Assembly (NCBI GenBank): GCA_964416155.1
Contig: CAYQCW010000005.1
Location: 64,001-128,000 of the forward strand
Length of the DNA: 64,000 nt
Source of the DNA: an uncultured Nitrososphaerota archaeon
GTDB lineage: Archaea; Thermoproteota; EX4484-205; JAAOZP01
Direction: 5' to 3'
Shown: positions 29,275 through 39,416 of the stretch, piece by piece
Layout: the number at the start of each line of letters is the position of its first letter
Position numbering within the stretch: position 1 is the first letter of the stretch
Notes under the pieces: model-generated
The model's database searches: none
Told to the model about the DNA's origin: nothing
The model's input: only the letters and a program-made list of their open reading frames with translations
Made by a program: the position numbers and the translations under genes

Positions 29275-30255
29275 TTGAAGTACAGAAAACTCGGAAGAAC
29301 AGGAATCGAGGTGAGCGAGATAGGGTTTGGCGGGTGGGGAATAGGCGGCGGGTGGGGACTGAAGGATGACGAGTCGGCTTTTCTCGCACTAAAAAGGGCA
29401 ATCGATCTTGGAGTAAATTTCTTTGATACTGCGTTGGTCTATGGGGACGGCCACAGTGAAAAGCTGATAGGAAAGGCGGTACGCAAGATTAGAGAAAACG
29501 TGGTGATCACCACAAAGGTTCCTCCAAAGACTTATAGGTGGCCAGTTTTGCCAAACGAGCCTATATCAGAAACGTTTCCATCAGAGTGGATAATACAATG
29601 CACGGAGAAGAGTCTCAAGAACCTTGGAACAGACTATGTGGATGTTCAGCAGCTTCATGCTTGGACAGACCAGTATACTGGCGAAAAGGATTGGCAAGAG
29701 GCTGCAGTCTACTTGAAGGAGCAGGGCATGATAAGGGCCTTCGGGGTGTCGGCAAATGACTGGGACCCTTACGGGCCAGTGAACCTGATCAAGTCCGGAA
29801 AGATAGATACTGTTCAAGTCATATATAACATCTTCGAGCAGAGACCTGCGGAGAGGCTTCTGCCAGCAGCGTTGGACAAGAATGTGGGTATAATAGTCAG
29901 GGTTCCTTTCGAAGAGGGTCTTTTGACTGGGAAGATTAACGAGAGCTACAAATTTGCGGAAGGAGACTGGAGGTCGGAATGGTTAACACCCGGCAGGATT
30001 AGGGAAGCGACGAGAAGGATAAAGGAACTTGAGCGCTTTCTTAATGAGGGTGCGCCTACTCTAGCCATCCTTGCCCTTAAATTCTGCTTAAGCCATCCGG
30101 CAGTGTCAACTGTAATTCCTGGAATGCGCAAGGTGTTGCATGTTGAGGAGAACTGTAAAGCCTCTGATGGCAAGTTGCTTTCTGAAGACACGTTGGTTGA
30201 GCTTAAAAGGCATGCCTTTGTGCATGGATGGGAATATCCTTGGAGTCAAAAGTAG
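29275..30255 (+). CDS. Aldo/keto reductase
   Basis: LGRTGIEVSEIGFG, FDTALVYG, SLKNLGTDYVD, QVIYN, VIPG. Confidence 0.95.
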   Translation: MKYRKLGRTGIEVSEIGFGGWGIGGGWGLKDDESAFLALKRAIDLGVNFFDTALVYGDGHSEKLIGKAVRKIRENVVITTKVPPKTYRWPVLPNEPISETFPSEWIIQCTEKSLKNLGTDYVDVQQLHAWTDQYTGEKDWQEAAVYLKEQGMIRAFGVSANDWDPYGPVNLIKSGKIDTVQVIYNIFEQRPAERLLPAALDKNVGIIVRVPFEEGLLTGKINESYKFAEGDWRSEWLTPGRIREATRRIKELERFLNEGAPTLAILALKFCLSHPAVSTVIPGMRKVLHVEENCKASDGKLLSEDTLVELKRHAFVHGWEYPWSQK

Positions 30256-30272
30256 GCACGGTTACGTTTATC

Positions 30273-33188
30273 TTAATCCCGGGCGTTTGACTCTTTATCG
30301 TTCGCCTGAAGCCTTCTCCTCTCCGCATCCACAATCATCTTCAAAAGGTCTTCTCCAGTCATGCTCCTCCTCAACAATATTTTTTCGACAGTCTTCAGAC
30401 TTAATCCTCTTCCAGCCAAGGCTAGAGCGGCGTCACTGCCGTACTTCTCAAGCAGCTCCGCTGTCCTCGCAATCCTCCTGAAAACCGTCTTCGTCTTTTT
30501 AGATTTTCCACGTCTAATCCTAACTCCTGGAGTAGGGTTCACTCCAAGCGTGCCACCGCACCTGCTACATCTAACCCCCGGCGTGAATTCTCCTGGTTTA
30601 ACAGTGCCGTGCGTAAGGCCGCATTCGCCGCAAACAAGCTCTAAAGAGGTGTTCCTAAGCCTTGCGGAAGCATACATTAAAACTATTTTTTCAACGTTCT
30701 CAGGCGTGTAAATATCGAGATGCCTCTCAGCCTGTCTTAGAATCGGCTGAGCCAAGGGGGAGGGCTCGCCAAGGTTCTCGTAGATCACTGCTTCCACCCT
30801 CCCGGAGGACAGGTCTCTTAAAAGCTGTAAGAGGGGTTTTGCCTCATAGTCTTTAGACAGAAGCTCTTTAACAGCCTCATCGTAAACCACGGTGCCTCTA
30901 CTACTCCTTATCAGGGTTTCAAGCCTTATGGAGGTTAGGTCAGCATCCTTCTCTATTATCCCCATTCTCCTGGCGACGTGCAGAAACCTTCTTTTGAACA
31001 ATCCCACTGTCTCAATGTTTTCAAGCATTATCCTCTCAACATCCTTCTCGCTGAGACTCTTAATCCTCTCAAGTATGATTGAGGGTGAGATTGCTCGCTC
31101 AACCATAACCCTGTAAGGGTCTCTGCTCACCGGGACGGTTAAGCCTATTTCGGAGAGCACTATGTGGCCGACGACTCTTGACAAGGCCCTGTTCCCCAGA
31201 TCCCCTAGGCAGACGTGTATGATGGTGTAGTCCCTCCATTTCTCGAAAACTATCCTCCAGTCTGTTCCAACCGGGATGTTTCTTTTAAGACACTCCACGA
31301 TTGGTTTAACGGCTTTAAACGCAATATCCTCGTCAACCCTATAGTTTTGCGAAACGGCTTCAGCAATCTCCTTCAAACCCAAGCCCTCGGAATACTTTTC
31401 CTCAACCATCCTTCTTAAAGCACCCACCTCCATGGCTGTTTCATAAACCACGGGTATTTCCTCGCCAGTCCAGAAGGGTACGGCTCCAAGCGGGTCCTCA
31501 GCCCTCTTCACAATAACCCTGCCCTCGTAAACCTGGATTATCGACCAAACTAGGCCCCCCATTACGAACTTGGTGCCTGGGAGCCCCTTCTCCGCAACGA
31601 ACTCCTCATCTAGGTTTCCTATAACCGTGTTATCCTCCTCGTTCACAACCGGGTACTGTTTGATCTCAGGGATGCTTGAAACATGCTCGAAGAAGAACTT
31701 TATCAACCCGCTCTTCCTCCCCGCTCTGACCGCGTCACTATACTCGTCAAAGGCCAGTAGCCTCGGGTATTGTGACGAAAGGAATTCCAGAACCCGTTTC
31801 AAGGATTCTCTTGAAAGCCTCGCGTACGGTGTGCTTCCTCGAACCAGTTTCAGGATCTCCTCCAATGTTAGCCTAGGTTTCTCAAGAAGCATTCCGACGG
31901 TCTGATGCGCCAATATGTCGAATGGCTCTTCAGGGGGTGAAACAGGCTCGTAAACATTGTTTAATGCTCTTCTCCTTATAACCATGGATTCAACAGCATC
32001 ATCCACATCCATACATATAATCAGCCCCCTAGGCGTCAAGCCGATCCTATGCCCGCTTCTTCCGATCCTCTGAACCAGCCTAGAGGCCTGTCTCGGAGAG
32101 CCGTATTGCACGACGAAGTCGACGAGCCCAACATCTATCCCGAGTTCAAGGCTGGAGGTGCATACTAGGCCTCTCAACTCCCCTTCCTTCAAGCCTTCTT
32201 CCGCCTTAACCCGGGCTTGAACACCCAGTGAACCGTGGTGGATTGAAACCGGTGTCGGAAGGTTCATCACGAGCAGCTTGTTAGACAACGCTTCAGCAGT
32301 CGCCCTAGTATTGGTGAAGAGGAGAACAGCCTGCCTCTCCCTAAGAACCTCCTTTATGACTCGAAGCCTTGCGGATACTTCGGGTGTTGTCAAAAGCTTT
32401 TCGGCTGTAACATAGTCATCCTCCACAACATCTGGGAGAATCATGCCTATCTCCATGTCTCGAGGAACAGGTGTTGAAACAACCTTGAAATCTCCTCCTG
32501 AACCCGCCATGAAGCGGGCCAGGAGCTCCGGCTCACCTATTGTCGCCGATAGGCCTATTATCTGTATTCTCTCCCCCGTGATCCTTTTAAGCCTCTCAAG
32601 GGCGAGCGAGAGCTGGCTGCCCCTCTTGTCTGAGGCTAGCTCATGAAGCTCGTCGACCACAACCCATCTGACGGTTTTAAGATGGCTCCTCAGCCTAGAC
32701 CCTATTAGTAGTATTTGGAATGTTTCCGGAGTGGTTACGAGAATATGAGGAGGGCTTAATGATTGCGTCCGCCTCTCGGAGGACGGGGTGTCGCCATGCC
32801 TGACGGAGAGCTTGAAGTCAAGCCTGCTGGCCCACCAGCTGATCCTGCCTACAAGATCCCTATTTAAAGCCCTCAGCGGAGTAATGTAGATTAGGAAAAT
32901 ACCTGTCTTAACATTAGCCCTGTCCTCGAGCATAAGGCTGAGCACCGGGAGTATTGCCGCCTCAGTCTTACCTATTCCGGTTGGCGCCACTATCAAAACG
33001 TTCTCTCCTGCGAGTATCCTAGGTATGGCCATTAGTTGAGGCTCTGTGAGTGGGATAAGCCCTTTCTCCACCACCAGCCTAGCTACTGGTTCCGCAAGCC
33101 TCGAAACAACTGTCTCGCTGGAAGGGCTTTCCACGAGTCCATTAAACACGCGACGGTTGAAAAACATTCTCTTCCAGCTGTAAAACAA
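30273..33188 (-). CDS. Lhr-family SF2 helicase
   Basis: APTGIGKT, PLRAL, DELH, SAT, HHGSL, QRIGRSGH; C-terminal zinc finger. True start may be slightly downstream. Confidence 0.93.
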   Translation of the reverse strand: MFYSWKRMFFNRRVFNGLVESPSSETVVSRLAEPVARLVVEKGLIPLTEPQLMAIPRILAGENVLIVAPTGIGKTEAAILPVLSLMLEDRANVKTGIFLIYITPLRALNRDLVGRISWWASRLDFKLSVRHGDTPSSERRTQSLSPPHILVTTPETFQILLIGSRLRSHLKTVRWVVVDELHELASDKRGSQLSLALERLKRITGERIQIIGLSATIGEPELLARFMAGSGGDFKVVSTPVPRDMEIGMILPDVVEDDYVTAEKLLTTPEVSARLRVIKEVLRERQAVLLFTNTRATAEALSNKLLVMNLPTPVSIHHGSLGVQARVKAEEGLKEGELRGLVCTSSLELGIDVGLVDFVVQYGSPRQASRLVQRIGRSGHRIGLTPRGLIICMDVDDAVESMVIRRRALNNVYEPVSPPEEPFDILAHQTVGMLLEKPRLTLEEILKLVRGSTPYARLSRESLKRVLEFLSSQYPRLLAFDEYSDAVRAGRKSGLIKFFFEHVSSIPEIKQYPVVNEEDNTVIGNLDEEFVAEKGLPGTKFVMGGLVWSIIQVYEGRVIVKRAEDPLGAVPFWTGEEIPVVYETAMEVGALRRMVEEKYSEGLGLKEIAEAVSQNYRVDEDIAFKAVKPIVECLKRNIPVGTDWRIVFEKWRDYTIIHVCLGDLGNRALSRVVGHIVLSEIGLTVPVSRDPYRVMVERAISPSIILERIKSLSEKDVERIMLENIETVGLFKRRFLHVARRMGIIEKDADLTSIRLETLIRSSRGTVVYDEAVKELLSKDYEAKPLLQLLRDLSSGRVEAVIYENLGEPSPLAQPILRQAERHLDIYTPENVEKIVLMYASARLRNTSLELVCGECGLTHGTVKPGEFTPGVRCSRCGGTLGVNPTPGVRIRRGKSKKTKTVFRRIARTAELLEKYGSDAALALAGRGLSLKTVEKILLRRSMTGEDLLKMIVDAERRRLQANDKESNARD

Positions 33189-33271
33189 TCAGCTAACGGA
33201 TTAAGGCTCTTTCCAACCCGTTTGACTGGAGGCGCCTGCTCAGATAAGCAGTTTTAACAGAAACGTTTCCA

Positions 33272-33940
33272 CTATGCTGCTAAAGCTAGGGCTTTTACCC
33301 CCTCGAGAATAAAGTATACTCCTACCACTATTATTGCAAGATTGCAAACTATCAGGAGGATTCTGAATCCTTTTTCACCAATACTGTCTGCGCCGCCGGC
33401 CGCTGCTTTCGATATTAAGCCTAGGACCAGAAGATCCCCCATTTCATGGCTTAGATAGAAAAAGAGGACTCCTAAGCCCCCGACTGTAAGCGCCCTAGTA
33501 ACGTAGGCGGCGCCTATCGTAACCCACCAGCTGGTCCAGTAGGGGTTTGAAAAAGACACTGCGGCGCCGAGCATGATGAGCGTTAAGAAACCGCGTGTCC
33601 CGATTGTCTTCCCCTCGTCAACGTTCTTCCGGCCAGGCTTAAGGACCGCTAGGAGTCCTGTTGCAACAAGGAAAATTCCGCCTATAAGGCTCAGGTAGGG
33701 GAAGATACTCTTGTCAACGCTAAGCAGCCCGTAAACCAGTATTACTGTGACGGGTGCTTCAGCCAAAGCATGTCCAAGGGAAAGGAGTAATCCTGGTTTA
33801 CTGCTCCTGTTGCTTGAAGATTCTCTTACCGCTGTAACCATTAGAGGGCCTGGAGCTAAGGCTCCTGAGAGGGCAACAACGAAGGATGTCAACGTTATCT
33901 CCACTAGACTGTTCAACCATCCTGTTTTCCACACTCTCAT
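33272..33940 (-). CDS. LysE-family transporter
   Basis: LSGALAPGPL, GHALAE, SNPYW. Confidence 0.9.
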   Translation of the reverse strand: MRVWKTGWLNSLVEITLTSFVVALSGALAPGPLMVTAVRESSSNRSSKPGLLLSLGHALAEAPVTVILVYGLLSVDKSIFPYLSLIGGIFLVATGLLAVLKPGRKNVDEGKTIGTRGFLTLIMLGAAVSFSNPYWTSWWVTIGAAYVTRALTVGGLGVLFFYLSHEMGDLLVLGLISKAAAGGADSIGEKGFRILLIVCNLAIIVVGVYFILEGVKALALAA

Positions 33941-33982
33941 TAATATTCTTATTGTTTAACCGTCTCGACGCGGAAATAGTGT

Positions 33983-34810
33983 CTAAAATGTTTTAACACT
34001 CATTTCCTCATAGTCTATCGCGAACCTTTTCGGCAGCCGCCTCTTATGCCTTGTAAGCCTCACTCTTTCAAGGATCCTTTCCACGGTTTCCAAAGGTATC
34101 CCGGAAACCCTGTTTATCGTTTCCTCGCTAAGCTTCTTGTCAAGCCTCAAGTAGAGCACTGTGTCCAGGGTCGTATAATCTACTCCCAGCTCCTCCTCAG
34201 CCGTCTGTCCCGGCCATAAGGCTGGGGAAGGCGGCTTGATCCGTATTCTCTCAGGGATTTTCAAATGCTCTGCGAGCTGCCGCACATGAGTCTTGTATAA
34301 CCCTGCTATTGGAAGAACATCCGCCCCCCCGTCGCCGTGTTTCGTAAAGTATCCGGAGAGGTATTCGCTCTTATCCCCTGATCCTATAACCAGCCCATTA
34401 TTCACAGCAGCCTCGTGGTAAAGCATTGTCATCCTGCTTCTCGCCATTACGTTCCCCTTCTCAACTCTGCTCATCTGCCCAAGCTTCCTCTCGAAGGCTT
34501 CAACAATCTCGTCTATGCTTATTATCCTCCAGTTCCCACTGGGTATTCCAAGCCCCTCTATGACGCTCATAGCGTCCTCCATGTCCTCCCTGGGGGTGAA
34601 GTGTGAAGGCAGGAGGTAGAGCCTCGTCCTTTCTCTCCCCAGAGCCATCGTCGTCAAGTATGCTACCGTGCTGCTGTCAACCCCCCCGGATAATCCCACC
34701 ACTCCTGTCCTCCTCCCGGATTCATCAAAATACTGTCTTAGCCTTACCGCTATGTAGCGTGCAACCCTAGCGTAGTCTAGCTTCGGCAAAACCATGTTTC
34801 TATCACTCAT
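33983..34810 (-). CDS. nadE: NH3-dependent NAD+ synthetase
   Basis: GLSGGVDS, NVMARSRM, GYFTKHGDG, KPPSPALW. Confidence 0.95.
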   Translation of the reverse strand: MSDRNMVLPKLDYARVARYIAVRLRQYFDESGRRTGVVGLSGGVDSSTVAYLTTMALGRERTRLYLLPSHFTPREDMEDAMSVIEGLGIPSGNWRIISIDEIVEAFERKLGQMSRVEKGNVMARSRMTMLYHEAAVNNGLVIGSGDKSEYLSGYFTKHGDGGADVLPIAGLYKTHVRQLAEHLKIPERIRIKPPSPALWPGQTAEEELGVDYTTLDTVLYLRLDKKLSEETINRVSGIPLETVERILERVRLTRHKRRLPKRFAIDYEEMSVKTF

Positions 34811-34854
34811 AGAAATTCCTTCAGATGCTAAAATATATGGGTATTGGTCAAGCC

Positions 34855-35400
34855 TTATCCCACGTGCCCGGCTGCTTTAAAATGCTCAGCCAGCCAGTAT
34901 AGCCCGATGATCGTCTTAGCATCCTCCACCAAGCCGTTTCTCAGCATTTTCAAAGCTTCCTCAACGGGTTTCTCCACCACCTCTATGGCCTCGTCTTCCT
35001 CAAGCCTCTGTCCCGCTTTCTCCAAGTCTTTTGCGAGAAACAACGTTATTTTCTCAGTGGAGTATCCTGGTGCAGGGTAGAAGCTCAAGACTTTTCTCAC
35101 GACTCGCGCCCTGTACCCTGTTTCCTCGAGAAGCTCCCTGCGGGCACACTCCTCCTCATCCTCGCCGACCCTCCTCGTCCCAGCCGGTATTTCCAGGAGG
35201 CTCTTTCCGGCGGGAAGCCTATGCTGCTTAACCATGATGATTCCACCCTTGTCGTTAACAGGTATTACTGCAACAGCACCAGGATGTTCAACAACTTCTC
35301 TCACAAGCCTTCGGCTCCCTAGTGAAACATGGTACCTGAGAAGCGATATTAAGCTTCCACTGTAAAGAGCCTCTGCCTTAACAATGTCTTCATCACCCAT
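34855..35400 (-). CDS. Nudix hydrolase (ADP-ribose pyrophosphatase-like)
   Basis: Nudix box EIPAG...ARRELLEETG; EHPGAVAV; start placed at MGDED. Confidence 0.92.
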   Translation of the reverse strand: MGDEDIVKAEALYSGSLISLLRYHVSLGSRRLVREVVEHPGAVAVIPVNDKGGIIMVKQHRLPAGKSLLEIPAGTRRVGEDEEECARRELLEETGYRARVVRKVLSFYPAPGYSTEKITLFLAKDLEKAGQRLEEDEAIEVVEKPVEEALKMLRNGLVEDAKTIIGLYWLAEHFKAAGHVG

Positions 35401-35492
35401 ACTCCAACAGGGTGAAGCTGAGCTATTTAAAGCAACAAGCATGGAAACGTTCAGTAAACCTTATATTTTAGGCAGTTTATGACCCCCCAAGT

Positions 35493-36065
35493 TTGGAGAC
35501 TGTTGAAAAAATAAGCGTTAGCCATAAGGGTAGTCGGGACATTGGAGCGTTTCCTCCGTTTCTCCGCACGAAATGGGGCCTTTTCCCAATAACGATTTTC
35601 CTTTTTTCAACCGTCTTCCTAATCTCCTCCACAATCCGCTTGGAGAGAACTTTCGCAGAGGAAATATACGCCTCGGTTTCGGGAAGCATGAGCTTCACAG
35701 GGCCACTGGATATTTTCGCGCACAATCTTGCCCTGAGCATAATGATGATGATCCCGGTGGTAGGGTTCGGTTTCAGCATAATCTCCTCGTCAACCACGGG
35801 ACTCGCTGTTTCAGCAATCTCGACTATAAACAACTTGGACTCGCTCTCGGTTGCCGCCCGGCTTCTCTCCACACCAGCCGGTATGCTTGAGTTCCTAGCG
35901 TACGGTTTGGCTTCTGCCCAAGGGTTAGCCGGCCTATTCGCCATTATTGAGAAAAGGGTTAACAGGGAGCTTAAAGAATACTTGACAACTCTTATAATAG
36001 TCAGCGGCCTACTGCTTGCAGCAGCCTTAGTCGAAACAATGAGCTTGACAGAATGGTTAGAATAG
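35493..36065 (+). CDS. SpoIIM-like membrane protein
   Basis: IFAHN, GMLEFLAY, LLLAAALVE. Confidence 0.75.
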   Translation: METVEKISVSHKGSRDIGAFPPFLRTKWGLFPITIFLFSTVFLISSTIRLERTFAEEIYASVSGSMSFTGPLDIFAHNLALSIMMMIPVVGFGFSIISSSTTGLAVSAISTINNLDSLSVAARLLSTPAGMLEFLAYGLASAQGLAGLFAIIEKRVNRELKEYLTTLIIVSGLLLAAALVETMSLTEWLE

Positions 36066-36688
36066 TTTTCTTCGACATGGACGGCACGCTCGTGGAGGAG
36101 GAAAGCAGTTGGCGTATCATCCACAGGTTTTTAGGGACTGACCATCTTGCTAGGAGGGCGCTTGAAAAATTCTCCAGGAGGGAAATAAACTATGAGGAAT
36201 TCGTTAAACACGACGTCAGCCTATGGCCTAAGGGGCTGCCCAGATCTTTTTTCGAGCGGGTTTTCTCCAGTGTTAGAGTTAAGCCGGAGGCCAAAATGGT
36301 CTTTAACCAGCTTAAGAAAAAGGGGGTTTTAAGAGTGATTATCTCAAGCGGTCTGGATGTGCTTGCCGAAAGAGTGTTTAGGACGCTTGCTGCAGACGGA
36401 TATGTCTCCAACAGGATAGTTTTCGACTGCAAAGGCTTTTTCACAGGAGTTGTAGAAATCAACGTGGATCCCTCTAGAAAGATGGATGTTTTAACGAGGA
36501 TGTGTGAAAAATACTCGATTCCACTGGGCGAGGCTGCTGCAGTCGGGGACACTGCAAACGATAAAAGCATGTTTAAGGCGGTTAAAATATCTATTTTATG
36601 TGTTAAACCCGGCACCGTCGTGCCGGATGCTCATGGAGCCAAGTTTATTGTGAGCAGTCTTAAAGACATTGTCCAGTTAGTGTGCTGA
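36053..36688 (+). CDS. HAD-IB phosphatase (phosphoserine phosphatase-like)
   Basis: FDMDGTL, ISSG, K, GDTAND. Confidence 0.9.
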   Translation: MVRIVFFDMDGTLVEEESSWRIIHRFLGTDHLARRALEKFSRREINYEEFVKHDVSLWPKGLPRSFFERVFSSVRVKPEAKMVFNQLKKKGVLRVIISSGLDVLAERVFRTLAADGYVSNRIVFDCKGFFTGVVEINVDPSRKMDVLTRMCEKYSIPLGEAAAVGDTANDKSMFKAVKISILCVKPGTVVPDAHGAKFIVSSLKDIVQLVC

Positions 36689-36723
36689 GCATGCGGAGAA
36701 AAAAAGAGTGTGGGGTTTCGCCC

Positions 36724-36861
36724 TTATTTCTTAGCCTTCTTAGCCTTCTTAGCCTTCTTAGCCGGCTTCTTAGCCTTCTTAGCCGGAGGCTTCGCGGGTG
36801 CGGGTGTTGGTGCAGGCGCTGGTGCAGGTTTAGCTTCTCCACCAGTAGTAGCTCCACTCAT
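36724..36861 (-). CDS. 45-aa Pro/Ala/Lys-rich histone H1 tail-like microprotein (missing from ORF track)
   Basis: MSGATTGGEAKPAPAPAPTPAPAKPPAKKAKKPAKKAKKAKKAKK; TTTATATA box at 36885-36892; T7 tract at 36699-36705 on the coding strand. Confidence 0.8.
   Translation of the reverse strand: MSGATTGGEAKPAPAPAPTPAPAKPPAKKAKKPAKKAKKAKKAKK
36727..36783. repeat. 9-bp tandem repeat (CTTCTTAGC) encoding AKK units
   Basis: Six units (one ending in an AAA codon) with one in-frame 3-bp insertion encoding Pro. Confidence 0.9.
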
Positions 36862-36923
36862 GGTTAATAGTTTCTGCTAAGTCATATATAAATCTTTAAC
36901 GTTTAGCATGAGTCTCATTATGG

Positions 36924-37487
36924 TTAATGCTTAAGCTTCAGAGCCTCAATTATGAATGAAGCTACTTCTTCATAAGGAACACTAGAAGTGTTTATCATAA
37001 TGTCGTACAATAAGGGGTCTCTCCAATTCTTACGGTAAAGCCTTTCAACAAGGCTGCTCCTATCCATGTCTGAAGCCTTAATATCCTCCTCTATCTGCTT
37101 CAAGTCCTCAGTCTTCCTTTTCTCCGCTATATGCTTCAGCCTACTGTCGAAATCACTATACAGGAAGACCTTCAAATCAACTTCGCGTGTCAATGCGAAC
37201 AGAGCGCTCCTTCCCTCTATTATTGCTGGACCATTATTAACCACGTCTAGAACCATGCTCTGCAAAACCTTCTCTATCTCTATTTCTCCTGAAATGGATT
37301 TTGCTACAAGAGTCTGGAAACTTAGGTGCGGGGAGGAAACAATGCTTCTTATAAATCTCTCAGTGTTGTAAACCTCCATGTCGCCGAGCTTCCTAGAAAC
37401 GAGCTCCCCCACCTCTGTGCAACCAGCCCCAAGCTCTCCAGCAATCAGAATAATCGGCTTACTCTTACTCATTCCTGTAATTTCCAC
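36924..37487 (-). CDS. Cytidylate kinase-like protein
   Basis: Divergent P-loop GELGAGCT, IIEGR, LKVFL, YDIMINTS. Confidence 0.8.
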   Translation of the reverse strand: MEITGMSKSKPIILIAGELGAGCTEVGELVSRKLGDMEVYNTERFIRSIVSSPHLSFQTLVAKSISGEIEIEKVLQSMVLDVVNNGPAIIEGRSALFALTREVDLKVFLYSDFDSRLKHIAEKRKTEDLKQIEEDIKASDMDRSSLVERLYRKNWRDPLLYDIMINTSSVPYEEVASFIIEALKLKH

Positions 37488-37490
37488 ATG

Positions 37491-38009
37491 TTACTGCTTT
37501 TTAAATGTTTTCATCCGCTTTGGCGACATGACGATTCTTCTGATGAGAAGAAGTGCTAACAGCAAGTAGACAGCTATAAAGTAAGGCGATGCAAGCAGGT
37601 GGTTAGTCGTATAGTTTAAATAAACTGTGGCGTCACGGTCGGCCCTAAACTCTATTGAGCGGCCAGTACCATTAACACTGTCCAACCGATACCAGAAACC
37701 GTAGTCGCCTGCTATCTCCAGCTCTCCACTTATCTGCAGGTAGCTACCCTTTGGGACTTTAAAAACCAAGGGTTCCGAAGAGCTTACTTTAAGCTCTTCT
37801 CCGAATGGGTTTGAAGAACCGTTTACGTAAATCTTGAAATCAGGCCTCCCAAGGGGGTCGAAGGGGGTGACTTTCAAAACCACTGTGATGCGTACTTCTC
37901 CATCGCTACTCATCGTCCCGATATGCGTCAGCAGGGTCATGATCATCAGCGCCCAGGCAGCGTTCAACACGTTTCTACGCTTCAAACCATAAATATAATT
38001 CTTCCTCAC
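37491..38009 (-). CDS. Membrane-anchored beta-rich protein
   Basis: N-terminal hydrophobic segment, sequons, C-terminal TM plus basic tail. Confidence 0.65.
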   Translation of the reverse strand: MRKNYIYGLKRRNVLNAAWALMIMTLLTHIGTMSSDGEVRITVVLKVTPFDPLGRPDFKIYVNGSSNPFGEELKVSSSEPLVFKVPKGSYLQISGELEIAGDYGFWYRLDSVNGTGRSIEFRADRDATVYLNYTTNHLLASPYFIAVYLLLALLLIRRIVMSPKRMKTFKKQ

Positions 38010-38021
38010 CCATGCTTCAGC

Positions 38022-38663
38022 ATGTTGCCGGAAGAAGAGGGTGGAACACTGTGTCTCAGGCTTTTAAAGAGGCTTTTGGAAAAGGGGCCGCTGTTAAGCA
38101 GGATGGAGGCTTCGAGATACGCTGAGTGTTTAAAACTGCTTTCCGGGGGAGGTGGGGCCGTGGAGCTTAACAGAGGGTTTAAAGTGCTTCCGGAGGGGTT
38201 CCTAATGCTTATTAAACGCGTAGTTGAGTCGGGGATCAGCCTCGAGAGTGTTTTCAAATCGGTTAACTGGAGGGGGTTTGAAAGAATTATTGTGGAAGTG
38301 TTCAGGACTAAAGGATTTAGAGTCATGGAGCATTTCAGGTTCAGCCTTAAAAAGACTGTTAGGGAGATAGACGTCCTGGTTGAGACGCCGAGTATCCTTG
38401 TCTCAATAGACTGCAAGCAATGGGTCAGGAGGAACTATAGCATCCGTTCAGCCTGCAGGCTCCAGCTTGAAAGGTCTAGGCTTCTCTCCCAGTACTTGGT
38501 TGAAAAAAAGAATACTAGGAAGGCTGTTTACCCGGTGGTGGTTACTTTCCTGGGTTCCGAGGCAAGGGTCTTAGACGGCTGCCTAATACTGCCTGTTTGG
38601 AAGATAGGGAGCTTCTCTGAGAACCCTGAAATCGTTACTAGCGTGGTTAAACCTGTTTCCTAG
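38022..38663 (+). CDS. PD-(D/E)xK nuclease, Mrr/NERD-like
   Basis: WRGFERIIVEVF...GF, EIDVL, IDCKQW; start uncertain. Confidence 0.8.
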   Translation: MLPEEEGGTLCLRLLKRLLEKGPLLSRMEASRYAECLKLLSGGGGAVELNRGFKVLPEGFLMLIKRVVESGISLESVFKSVNWRGFERIIVEVFRTKGFRVMEHFRFSLKKTVREIDVLVETPSILVSIDCKQWVRRNYSIRSACRLQLERSRLLSQYLVEKKNTRKAVYPVVVTFLGSEARVLDGCLILPVWKIGSFSENPEIVTSVVKPVS

Positions 38664-39367
38664 TCGAAAACCCACATCTCTCTAGACCTTATCAGGAAGA
38701 CAAGCCTCGCTCTTAAAATAAGCTTCTTCTCATCCAGAACCCCGTCTACGAGCATGACGTCGCCGTACATGATTGGGATGTTCGCGTCAGCAAGCGTTTT
38801 GAACGTTTTTAAACCATTGTTTAAGTCGAAGATGGTGTGACATTCGCCTGTCCCTTCGACACGCGGAGCCATCATCCTGGTTCCGACTGACACTTCTACG
38901 GAGGCATGTCTCCTCCTGATTATCACCCCGTCAACCTTGCCTGCGAACCATTCGCCAGCCAACCCAGGTATGCCTGCAAGCCTGTCTTCAATTCCGGGAG
39001 TTAAGTCCTGGCTGGGGACATCTATCTGGAGTATGTGTTGGGTTCCGGATATTGGCTTAAACATCTCTGACGGGGCTAAGGTTTTCATAACCGGTTTGAT
39101 GAAGGGCAGTGCTACCGAGTTTGCCAAAGCCCTACTAACCAGTATTGAATCCCCATCCAGTAGTTCAGCAGCTTCTGGAGGAAGAATCTTATGCGGCTTG
39201 GAGAGCCTTCTCAACACCTCTTTAAGAGTCTTAAGGTCTATCTGTTTCTCAGGCTCGCGTGTCAGAATGACCTCTATCAGCCTAGCTGCCTCATACTCCT
39301 TCTTAACAAACCCTATCAGCTCTCCTTCATGCATAACCGGAGCGCCTTCAACCATATTGAGAAACAT
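38660..39367 (-). CDS. Hypothetical protein
   Basis: 235-aa ORF continuing the minus-strand gene run. Confidence 0.65.
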   Translation of the reverse strand: MFLNMVEGAPVMHEGELIGFVKKEYEAARLIEVILTREPEKQIDLKTLKEVLRRLSKPHKILPPEAAELLDGDSILVSRALANSVALPFIKPVMKTLAPSEMFKPISGTQHILQIDVPSQDLTPGIEDRLAGIPGLAGEWFAGKVDGVIIRRRHASVEVSVGTRMMAPRVEGTGECHTIFDLNNGLKTFKTLADANIPIMYGDVMLVDGVLDEKKLILRARLVFLIRSREMWVFD

Positions 39368-39416
39368 GGTTGAAGGGTTATTAACAGTTTCTCCACGGGT
39401 TTAAAAGATCTTGAAC

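Noticed and set aside
36660-36867. ORF-track products with (RRL)n and (LLS)n repeats
   Set aside because: Alternative frames of the same 9-bp repeat; only the AKK frame has an ATG at leaderless distance from the TATA box and a stop just before the T-tract.
38022-38663. Mrr-like nuclease as part of a restriction-modification system
   Set aside because: No adjacent DNA methyltransferase; it sits among housekeeping genes.
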